Positions 10,640 to 18,884 of a DNA stretch of 32,000 nt are shown piece by piece (the stretch's first letter is position 1; each line of letters begins with the position of its first letter). The stretch is from Candidatus Saccharimonadota bacterium (GTDB taxonomy: Bacteria; Patescibacteriota; Saccharimonadia; Saccharimonadales; UBA4665). A program made the position numbers and the translations under genes. The stretch spans positions 90,001 to 122,000 of the forward strand of contig CP064992.1 in assembly GCA_016699935.1 (NCBI GenBank), given 5' to 3'. The notes beneath the pieces were generated by a model that worked only from the letters and a program-made list of their open reading frames with translations, did no database searches and was not told the origin of the DNA.

Positions 10640-11400
10640 TTAAATACTCCTAAAGTCATATCTCTTGACTCATGTCTTAAATTTCCATCGGTTATTCAGT
10701 TGTTAAAAAACCATTTGCTGCATACTATCCACCTCACACAGCGTATTCTAGGCCATTTTATCATATTCATAATACATTGTCAACATTATTTCACAATAAC
10801 CATTAGCGGCTTGTGAGCCCTGTCATTCCGGACTTGATCCGGAACCCAGAACTATGTTTATGGTCATTGTCATTCCGAGCATTGTCGAGGAATATCCTAC
10901 TTTTTCGCATATCGGGACAAGAAGATCTTTCGACTCCACCCACTAAAGTGAGTTCCGCTCAAGATGACACATAAACTCTTGACTCATGTCTCATGCATCT
11001 TAACTCTAATTATTAAAGTACCATCAAGCCAGATCATTACAGAACACAAGACGCAGCTAAAGCTGCTTAATTAGCGATTATCCATTCGCCATTACCCATT
11101 GTAGTTGCATCGGCTTCGCCGACATTTCCAACTCATGTCATTCCCGCGCAGGCGGGAATCCAGTCAATTTATGGTCGGCTTCTCTACACATCTTCCCACT
11201 AATCTCTTATCTCTTACTCCTTAACTCTAATTTCATGGGGTAAAGCGGGTGGTATTGGTGATTGAAGATTGAGGAGTTTAGAGACAGGCGTAGGCCTATC
11301 AATACTCACATCAATCGACAATCGACCAATACCACCACGCTAGAGCGTAACGCTTTGCTCTTACGAGCTCGCTCTCAGTCCGAGGACTGATACCCTTTTT
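10640..11400. repeat. ORF-free cluster of short palindromic/hairpin repeats and heptamer-periodic tracts
   Basis: GTCAT-headed palindromes lie at 10822-10845, 10869-10893 and 11136-11160. The last is the exact reverse complement of 30344-30368. A long imperfect inverted repeat spans 11248-11336. Reverse-strand heptamer tracts lie at about 10655-10685, 10975-11025 and 11190-11240. Confidence 0.7.
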
Positions 11401-11464
11401 GCTAGATCACCTCCTTACGGAAGTAGGGCCTCACTCACGGTTGTGAGCAAGGTACTGCTGTTGC

Positions 11465-12725
11465 CTACGCCGGGGGTGGCGGAGGCGGAGGCAGCGACGC
11501 GGACTGCGTCGGCTGCGGGGTCGGCAACGGAGCCGGGGCTCCGTTGGCGGAGGGAGGACTGGGCCACCACTGTGGGTGGGGGCCGGCGACGGCGTCGCAC
11601 GCGGCGGGCTGCCGGGTGGGATGCCGTTTCCGGAATCCCGTGGTGGCGTCGCTGGCCGCGACACCTCCGTGCCGTTGTCTGGTGACGGGCCGTTCTTCGT
11701 CGACTGGCCGGGGACCTGTCCGCGGGACTGCGGGTCTGCACCCGGGTCCTTTGCACAGGTTCCATCGTCGCCGACTGGCTTGCCCTTGTCCGGCCCCGAG
11801 GGGCAGGTCTGAACGTTGTTGTCCGTCGGTCCCGGCAGGAAGATCTGGATCAACGTGACTCCATTGCCACACCGAGCCATCACCCACACGGAACGGATGA
11901 CCTTGCCGGCCTGGTCGACGAAGTCGATTCGGACAGCCTTCCGGTCTCCCGGATTTCGTTCGTCGTGGACGACGTGACCTGACCGCTCGAAACTCCCGTG
12001 TTCACCCCGTTAGCCGGAGCCTGGTCGGGGACGATTCGGGACTTGCCGAGCGCGAGGTACATGGTTACGACGTATTCCTTGGCCTTGTCCGACGCACACT
12101 GCGCGTTGCCGAGCACCGCCTGGTCCACGTCCTGCTCGAGCAGAAGCTTGATGGCTCCTTGAAGCGTCACACGATCGAGCTGGATCTTGCCCATCCATTC
12201 CTGTGCCGCAGCGGCTGCTTGCGCGTCCGTCGTGGCATCCTGGATGGACTTGAGACCATTACTGATCCACGCAAAGTTCGCGTGGTGGTCAGGCTGCCAG
12301 GCCCAGTTCATGCAAACGACCGGTGGGGTCGTAGACGGGCTGGCCGACGCGCGCTGTCGCCGAGGGCAGCGCGGTCGCCGAGGTGGCGGTGCTGGTTGCA
12401 CCGGCGCACGCCTTCGACTGAGCTGCCTTGGCACGATCGAGGTTCGCTTGGGCACCAGCGACCTTGGCGGCTTTCTCAGCCTCGGCAGGCGAGCCGACCT
12501 CGGGAACGAGGTCAGTGGCGGCCGCCAGTGCCGCTTGGGCGTTCGTCAGAGCGAGGTGGCCTGCTGGCAGGTCATCTGGTCGCTGACGAGCGCAGCCGGG
12601 GCGGATGACGGGAGGCTGCAGGCCGACAGGCCAGCAGCGATGGAGACAGCGAGGAGGCCAGTGGCCGCCAAGCTGCTCCGGACGGAGCGCGAACTGCGGG
12701 GAACCCGCAGGTTGATCACCTTCAT
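11465..12725 (-). CDS. putative lipoprotein with Pro-rich C-terminal tail (high-GC codon usage), several frameshifts
   Basis: GAAGGAGG lies 6 nt upstream of ATG 12725. The N-terminus MKVINLRVPRSSRSVRSSLAATGLLAVSIAAGLSAC is a signal peptide with a lipobox. Coding continues through at least three frame changes (about 12550, 12330 and 11930). One change reads ..NEIRETGRKAVRIDFVDQAGKVIRSVWV... The protein ends PAPLPTPQPTQSASLPPPPPPPA. The frame path and stop were chosen by GC3 and are uncertain. Confidence 0.6.
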
Positions 12726-12736
12726 GGTTGCCTCCT

Positions 12737-13453
12737 TCAGGCTGAGGTGGTCATGGAACCGGACGCGGGCGCGGCCGGTGTGGAGCTGTGGTCGACGACC
12801 GGTGAGGTCGGGACCGGTGCGGGGGCGGGTGCCGCCGCAGGGCGAGCTGGGGCCGGAGCCGGTCCGAAGACCGGGTGGTCGGCGGACGGGGGCGGCGGAA
12901 CCGCAACGGCGCGCTGAACGCGACGTTGTTCGCGGTCGAACCGCCGGTCTTCCCTCCAGCTGCGGAAACGAGCCCTCATGCGTGAGAAAACTCGCTTTAG
13001 CGAGCGCCTCAGCCGCATGAGACGACCAGTTGAACGGCGAGGCGCGATGCCCCAACCGTTGACTTCGACCTGGTCGCGCTCGGGGCGCGATGGCCAGATG
13101 GCCATGACGAACAGGGCGACACCCAGGAGGGCGACGCTGACCATCCTCATGGTCAGGCCGATGTCGGCCGTTACGCCGCGAGTCACGAAGACCCCCGTGG
13201 TCAGTGCGACCGCGAGCGCGGCATAGCCGAGAACGGTGGTCCATCTCCGCTGGTCCATGACACCCCAGATCATGACGATCAGGGCGAGAACGGACCAGCC
13301 GGCGGTGGCCCAGTTGAGCGACATGTCGCTGGTGAGCGCGGTCTTGAGACCTGAGGTCTCAGACGGGTGCCATGCCCACCAGTTGGTCGCGAACGCGACC
13401 ATCGTAGCGAGGGCGAGTGTCGCAACCAAGCGACGTAACTCGGTGAAGAACAT
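12737..13453 (-). CDS. hypothetical integral membrane protein (4 predicted helices, Ala/Pro-rich tail), high-GC codon usage
   Basis: AAAGGGGAG lies upstream of ATG 13453. The product starts MFFTELRRLVATLALATMVAFATNWWAW... with four hydrophobic spans and an Arg-rich then AP-rich tail. Its stop lies 11 nt before the lipoprotein start, giving an operon. The longer track ORF extending to 13825 runs into low-GC DNA and is not credible. Confidence 0.65.
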   Translation of the reverse strand: MFFTELRRLVATLALATMVAFATNWWAWHPSETSGLKTALTSDMSLNWATAGWSVLALIVMIWGVMDQRRWTTVLGYAALAVALTTGVFVTRGVTADIGLTMRMVSVALLGVALFVMAIWPSRPERDQVEVNGWGIAPRRSTGRLMRLRRSLKRVFSRMRARFRSWREDRRFDREQRRVQRAVAVPPPPSADHPVFGPAPAPARPAAAPAPAPVPTSPVVDHSSTPAAPASGSMTTSA

Positions 13454-14427
13454 GCTGATCTCCCCTTTCATGGGAGTTGTGGTTCGTAGTCGGCAGGTGC
13501 CGGCTACGGGCATCTCTGTCCCCGGGTGGGTCCAGACGATTCCTTTCTGTCGGGGGCGTATGAACGGACCCGATTCGAGGACTAACTCCCGTGGAGGAGA
13601 TGGCCGGGGTAGCGATGAATGTGGGGCTTCATCGGTACCACGGCCACCTCCTGCCTTGGAAAGAGATTGCATGCGTACAAACAGTTTTTTTACCTTTCTA
13701 GCAAAAAGGTTTTTAGTTACACTCATCAAAAAGACAAGCGGAGCTAAAGCGTTACAGTTTTCTGCTGCTAGGAGCGGCGGAGTATGTGAGAGGATTATCC
13801 TTCCACATGGCTCGACACTACTCAACCAGAGCAGAGTGCTACGGGTAATACTAGGGTACAGGCGTTCGGATGCTAGCGGCTATCATTGCACTGCTAGCCA
13901 TGGCTCGTAGAGATAAATACTAGCCATGTAATGCTAGCTACGTGCATTTCTACCTCTGTTATCCAAACTTCTGTACGGTATCACCCAGTAGCACTCTGCC
14001 CTAGCCTTTCTAGCGACAGGTGTTTTCTCCACTCCCGAGCGAACTATCCCCAGGGCCATGACAAATGAGCCATAGGCGAACGAGGCGATAGCCGAGCTTT
14101 AGGGCAAGAGGAGAGCTGTTTCGGATTTATTCCGAAACAGCGAGGAGAGCAAGGCTCCTTTTATGTTCCAAAATGATCTGACTTGTTAACGTACCCCTGT
14201 CGTAAGACTCCCGGGCGCGTAGGCTATAACAGCGCAAAATAGCAGGCGGTAATCCGTCTGCATCTGTTACTGTTTGTTGCCCACCTGTTAAAAGGGTTTG
14301 ATCCCTTTGCACTCGGTTATGGAGTTATCTCTGTCGCCCCACAACAAAGGATGTACACATATTAGCATCTATTTTGATTATTGTCAATACTTAACGTAAG
14401 CTTTATGATGCTTTGTCTATAGTGTTT

Positions 14428-14575
14428 AACCTGAATCTCAAAACCCCCACGATGTCATCCCAGCGAAGGCTGGGATCCAGATATTCGAAATGGATTCCCG
14501 CCGGAGTTTATCCTCAACTCGGTTGGGGACGGGAATGACACAAGTACAAATGGAGACGGTTTTGAGACTCAGGTT
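14428..14575. mobile_element. MITE-like non-autonomous element, copy B
   Basis: The terminal inverted repeats are AACCTGAATCTCAAAAC and GTTTTGAGACTCAGGTT. It has the same internal hairpins as copy A (GTCATCCCAGCGAAGGCTGGGATCC at 14454-14478). It sits 8 nt downstream of the histidine kinase stop. Confidence 0.75.
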
Positions 14576-14583
14576 GTTTATGT

Positions 14584-15864
14584 CTATTTTAAATTGTCTT
14601 TTGCTACAGGACTCCTGGCGAAGCGGAAGCCAAAGGTGCTGCCTTTGCCCTCTACGCTTTCAAACAGTATGCTGCCGCCCTGGACAACAACCACCTTTTT
14701 GGCCATATATAATCCTAACCCCGTCCCATCGGGTCGGGTGCGTTTGGCGTTTTCGGCACGATAAAACTTGGTAAAAAGATGTCGTTGTTCGGCGCGCGGC
14801 ACGCCTATGCCGCTATCTTTGACTGTAAATTCCACTGCCGAGGGCGTCTCTTTTAGCTCAATCAAAATTGTGCCACCCATTGGGGTGTAGTAAATAGCAT
14901 TATCGATAAGGTTCATCACCACCTGGTGCATCTTACCTTCATCGAGCTCAACAAGGCTAAAGGTAGACGGCATATCCCACGTAACCGTAATATTTTTTGC
15001 CTTGGCCGATTCATGCAGCTGAGCCACCTCTTGGTCAACGATGACACGCAGGTCAGTTGGCTGGGCCTCAATGACAAACTTACCCGTGTTCAACCGTGAT
15101 AGATTAAGCAAGTCGGCAATGAGGTTCACCATACGTTGACTACTGAGAAACGACTGCTTGAGCAGCTCTTCTTGCTGTGGCTTTAAGGGGCCTGCGTCGC
15201 CCTCCAGCACCATACTCAGGTAGCCCTTGACGCTCGTCAGTGGCGTACGAAGCTGATGAGAAGCCATAGAAATAAACTCGTCCTTGGTCTCATCGAGCTT
15301 CTTGAGCTTCTCGTTTGTCGCCCGGATTTTTCGCGTAGCCTCATCCACTCGTTGTTGCAGGGTCGTATTGAAAGCCTGTATCTCCTGGAAATGCTGCGCA
15401 TTCTGGATTGCTACAGCTAGTTCACCTGCTGTGATGGTCAAGAGATGTCGGTCCTGAGAGCTGTAGGGTTCACCATTTTTTTTGTGCCCAATCAGGATAT
15501 GCCCGACGATTTCCTTTTGTGTCTTCAAACGAAGGCTGAGTGCAACCTGTGCGCGAACCAACAAAAGATGGAGCGAGTTCTGCGAATCCGTTTCCTCAAC
15601 CTCAATGAGCTCTCGACGCTGTAATGAGAGCTGTTCACGAAAACTCTCCACATGAGGAGTCAGATGATGGTTCGGAAACGAAAGAGGCTTTTTATCATGT
15701 ACAAGAACATACTCTATAAAAGACGGCTTAAGAGCATTGGCTAAAACAGTGCGCGTGCCATCAAGTATTTTAGCCAGACTCGTTTCCACCGCCACAATAT
15801 CGCCAATCTTGTCAAGAACTTCCTGGAAATCATAGCTTTCGCGATAAAACAGCTGGTTAGTCAC
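14584..15864 (-). CDS. sensor histidine kinase cytoplasmic portion (GAF-like, HisKA, HATPase_c)
   Basis: H-box ISMASHQLRTPLTSVKGYL, N-box VVMNLIDNAIYYT, G-boxes VKDSGIGV and GTGLGLYMAK. The preceding roughly 170 aa look GAF-like (..IVGHILIGHKK..DRHLLTITAGELAVAIQNAQHF). Confidence 0.9.
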   Translation of the reverse strand: MTNQLFYRESYDFQEVLDKIGDIVAVETSLAKILDGTRTVLANALKPSFIEYVLVHDKKPLSFPNHHLTPHVESFREQLSLQRRELIEVEETDSQNSLHLLLVRAQVALSLRLKTQKEIVGHILIGHKKNGEPYSSQDRHLLTITAGELAVAIQNAQHFQEIQAFNTTLQQRVDEATRKIRATNEKLKKLDETKDEFISMASHQLRTPLTSVKGYLSMVLEGDAGPLKPQQEELLKQSFLSSQRMVNLIADLLNLSRLNTGKFVIEAQPTDLRVIVDQEVAQLHESAKAKNITVTWDMPSTFSLVELDEGKMHQVVMNLIDNAIYYTPMGGTILIELKETPSAVEFTVKDSGIGVPRAEQRHLFTKFYRAENAKRTRPDGTGLGLYMAKKVVVVQGGSILFESVEGKGSTFGFRFARSPVAKDNLK

Positions 15865-16736
15865 TCGATCAAAAAGTGCTTCATGTACTGGAACGATATG
15901 GCGAGTGGCATTAGCAATAGAGTGGATAGTATTTGCCGGAGCGTCTCTCTGTCTGGGCCATCAAAAAATACATTAATCACGCCGAAGAGTCCCGCTACAT
16001 AGATTCCAACCATACTGCCAACGACTAGGATGTATCCAACCGAACGAGCGAGAGCGGCACGTATATCAAAGAGTTTCTGTGCAACAATTGCGTACGCAAT
16101 TATGCTCGCGAAAGCGAATGTATACAGCGGGCTAATCGTGATAAAGAAAGTCGTTTTAAAAATTGGAGTAATGGCAAAATTGGTTATGGGTACAACGATC
16201 CAGACTAGTATCGACGCCAGCAAAAGAATAAATAGCTGATTTCGTAACTTGCCACGGGCTGAACGGAATTTGTGCACCAGTCTGTGAAAAGCCATTCCGA
16301 TCGAGAATGCAGCATGAGATATAAACAATCCCATTCCTAAGGCAGCTTGGGTAACTGGAGTACCCTCAGAAACCGAAACATTTTGTAAGACAAAAGGCGA
16401 CATAACTGCACCTGCAGTGATAGCACTATATACCAGATATATGACACAGCTGCGGCGTGAATATTTCCAGTGCGTCTCAGGAAATGTATGCGCAAACAAA
16501 TAGAAAAACGTGTTTTGCATAACGACCGAGAAAAATAATAATCGAACAATCAACAATATATGCGGCGAGTCCAATAAGACGATGCTGAGATAGCTTAACA
16601 AAGCCCACATAAGTGAAGCAACACCGATGATTGCAAACAAGATATTAGTAAGGTTGCGCCGCCCTTTGAGAACAACAAACAGTACAAGCACAAATTGGGC
16701 TAAACTGCTCATGATGACGCTTATCGTTAGTATCAT
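15861..16736 (-). CDS. polytopic membrane protein (7-8 helices), probable N-terminal sensor domain of the downstream kinase
   Basis: The 291-aa product is almost entirely hydrophobic helices. Its stop overlaps the GTG start of the kinase ORF (GAGTGACT). This is either translational coupling or an indel splitting one roughly 717-aa kinase. Confidence 0.7.
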   Translation of the reverse strand: MILTISVIMSSLAQFVLVLFVVLKGRRNLTNILFAIIGVASLMWALLSYLSIVLLDSPHILLIVRLLFFSVVMQNTFFYLFAHTFPETHWKYSRRSCVIYLVYSAITAGAVMSPFVLQNVSVSEGTPVTQAALGMGLFISHAAFSIGMAFHRLVHKFRSARGKLRNQLFILLLASILVWIVVPITNFAITPIFKTTFFITISPLYTFAFASIIAYAIVAQKLFDIRAALARSVGYILVVGSMVGIYVAGLFGVINVFFDGPDRETLRQILSTLLLMPLAISFQYMKHFLIE

Positions 16737-16775
16737 TACTACTAATGGTAATATATCATTAGAGAAATAACACGC

Positions 16776-17803
16776 ATGAATAAAAGAAACTATAGCGCAT
16801 GGCAGATCGACTCGAGAGAGTTCAATACATCTCTCACTTCAAACGAGAAATTATTGTATTTCGCCCGATACGCAATCTTGGCCCCATCTGGGCACAACTC
16901 ACAGCCGTGGCTTTTGACCCCCGCTCATGAATCCCTCTTGCTTACAGTTAACCCAGATCATCATCTTTCTGCTGACGGCTCGGGACTGCTGAGTGTTGAG
17001 CCGTTCATCAGTCTAGGGACATTTGTCGAAACATTCGTGTCGGCCGCACGGGGATTTGGTTACATGGTCAATGTTACTTTGTTCCCAGAAAAGCATGTCG
17101 TCGCTAAACTACAGCTTGGTGAGATCTGTGAAGCCGAACCCAGCCTGCTCAATGCAATCGTGAGACGAGTATCAAATCGCAATCCATTTGAAACCCAACC
17201 ATTGCATACTGATATCTTGCAACGCTTGGTGTCTAGATGTCCTAGTGGGGTTGCCGCACACACCGTCACGACGCAAAAAGACATTGCGTTCATTAATGAA
17301 CAGACAAGTGCTGCCATTCGCTCAATCATGGGAAAACAGGCTTACCGCAACGAGCTGAGCACATGGGTAAGGGGAAACCTAACACGTCGTTTTGACGGTA
17401 TGCCAGGCTTTACGCATGGGTTCGGGCTCGCTGCATCACTCATGGCAAAAATGGCCGTGAAACGTGGCGCAAGTCCTGGCGCACAGGTGAAAAAAGCTAA
17501 TTCACTCATAAAAATTCTGGAGCACTTTTAGTTATACGTGCGACCAAAGAAACTCCTGAGGCTTTTTTGAATGTAGGGCGTTGTTATGCACGCGCTTGCA
17601 TCATCACGACTCAAGCGGGACTTGCCACAAGTGTTCTAGCGGCATCAGCTATAGATGCAGAGACACGCCACAATCTTGCGCGCTATTTCCACCTTTCCGA
17701 TCGGCCAATCATGGTAATTCGCATAGGCAAACCGACGATACCAGCTAGGCATGGGCCGCGTTGGCCGCTTGAAGAGGTTATGACAAGCCAAGCCGAAGCA
17801 TAG
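16776..17803 (+). CDS. Acg-type nitroreductase-family protein, one frameshift
   Basis: The motifs are LYFARYAILAPSGHNSQPWLL and C-terminal ALLVIRATKETPEAFLNVGRCYARACIITTQAGLATSVLAASAIDAETR. These follow the two-lobed nitroreductase pattern of the actinobacterial Acg family. Track ORFs 16776-17531 and 17567-17803 join between 17497 and 17529. Confidence 0.7.
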
Positions 17804-18884
17804 TAGCCTGACGTTCGGCGCTCGCTGAAGTATCATGCACTGCCATACTGAACCAATCTGCGAATCGTACATAATAACGGCCTGACGCTAGTCCAGCGCC
17901 GAGGATTATTTGACGGATTGTGTATGCGGCCAGCCCCCGTCAACCGCAATTGTGCTGTATAGCTGGGGTCGGCCGACAAGTGATGTACCGATTTCGGTGA
18001 GTGATTGCAGCGCCCTCGTCGGCACATACTCCACCCCAACGAGCTGCACGGCATATCGTTTTGCATCTTCAGTGGTGATAATTCCTTTTGTTGGATGTCT
18101 TCACTGAGACCAGGGAGAGGCCATTGAATACATCAAGCGCTGGATCAAGATCATAGCGTTCTACGTCAATCAAAATCGAGTCACCCAGACTAGTAAACAT
18201 AAGAAGCGGCACACCATATGCTTTGGCTTTCACCCGAAGCTCCACCTTCATCTTAAAATCATCGATCTCGTCCACTACGACGGTGGTCTGCGGATCTTGG
18301 AAAAACTTATCAATATTATCGTCTCGTACCCCATTTTCAAAGGGAATGACATTCGCAAAAGGGTTGAGTTCGTAAATACGCTGCATCGTAAGTGCAAGCT
18401 TTTCTGCCCCGACGGCGGTTAGGGATTCCCTGAGACGGTTTAGGTTGGCTGTTTCGAGTGTATCGAAATCAGCCAGCTTGATGGTGCTCGACATTCCAGA
18501 ATACACACATGACAGCGCAATGCCCGAACCAACCGACATACCTGCAACGGCCACGGTACACGCGGCCAAACGAGCCTGTTCTTCGGCAGTAATTAGGAGT
18601 TTATTGCGATTGGTACGTAGTTCAAAGAGCGCCTCGTCGCTGACGCAGTGCAGTAGTACGCCTGACCACGGATAGTACACCCAGACCCCAGCGAGTTCTT
18701 CGGCCGGGTGAGCTTCGATGAAAGCTTGTCGCGCCTCAGCATCACCGGGAAACCGGATTTCAGCAAGTTCCACTATCTGACCAGCGTAGATATCCACCTC
18801 TTTCCATACTGGTTTTTCGCGAAGATGCGCTACCTGCTCGGTAGAAAATGCAGCTTCACGTAGTATAACTGGCACTTCAATCAT
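17778..18884 (-). CDS. ThiF/MoeB-type E1-like adenylyltransferase (resembles the N-terminal half of Rv1355c-family proteins), at least three frameshifts
   Basis: ATG 18882-18884 overlaps the upstream TGA (ATGA). The Rossmann region is VAVAGMSVGSGIALSCV..IKLADFDTLETANLNRL. After the track stop at 18069 the sequence continues in other frames: ITTEDAKRYAVQLVGVEYVPTRALQSLTEIGTSLVGRPQLYSTIAVDGG, then LAAYTIRQIILGAGLASGRYYV. The C-terminal end is uncertain. Confidence 0.7.

Larger units (their letters stand above)
11407..13665. other. high-GC island (compositionally foreign segment)
   Basis: Base composition shifts abruptly at both ends, and GC3-rich codons and GGAGG-type RBSs are used inside. A perfect 13-bp inverted repeat brackets it: CCTTTTTGCTAGA (11394-11406) and TCTAGCAAAAAGG (13697-13709). 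Confidence 0.75.

Noticed and set aside
3391-10653. Track ORFs antisense to or nested within the three surface-protein genes (for example 3391-3741, 4181-4660, 7767-8117, 9336-9644 and 10329-10574).
   Set aside because: They lie entirely within or opposite long, motif-supported genes. They have no RBS and Cys/Arg-rich implausible products.
11405-11417. GATCACCTCCTTA is identical to the 3' terminus of 16S rRNA. Its complement is a perfect Shine-Dalgarno sequence, TAAGGAGGTGATC. It sits exactly at the left edge of the high-GC island.
   Set aside because: The upstream sequence has no similarity to the 16S helix 45 region, so it is not an rRNA end. On the minus strand no start codon follows within a usable distance. 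I kept it only as a curiosity of the junction.
11415-13910. Many long plus-strand and alternative-frame ORFs inside and beside the high-GC island (for example 12187-13020, 12159-12608, 13236-13910 and 11544-11858).
   Set aside because: These are typical shadow ORFs of high-GC DNA. Their products are Arg/Pro/Gly-rich, the GC3 pattern favours the minus-strand frames, and they overlap the two supported genes.
13757-14339. Possible tmRNA on the minus strand. The 5' end GGGGCGACAGAG could pair with ..CCGCTCC near 13760, including a G3:U70-like pair.
   Set aside because: There is no GGnUUCGAC D-loop analogue. There is no GGGTTCGAnTCCC T-arm before the putative 3' end. No ACCA terminus is present (the sequence is TAGCA). 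No convincing tag ORF ending in hydrophobic residues plus a stop exists, and about 580 nt is too long.
13700-14340. Possible RNase P RNA, because AGGGCAGAGTGCTACTGGGTGA and ACAGAAGTTTGGATAA vaguely resemble conserved regions.
   Set aside because: The universally conserved GGAAAGUCC (P4 5' strand) and the GGUGAAA/GGCUUA elements are absent on both strands.
17833-18107. Track ORFs 17833-18066 (-) and 17910-18107 (+) read as independent small genes.
   Set aside because: The region is the frameshifted C-terminal continuation of the E1-like gene. A conserved ..VGRPQLYS..GGLAAYTIRQIILG.. block is visible in other frames.
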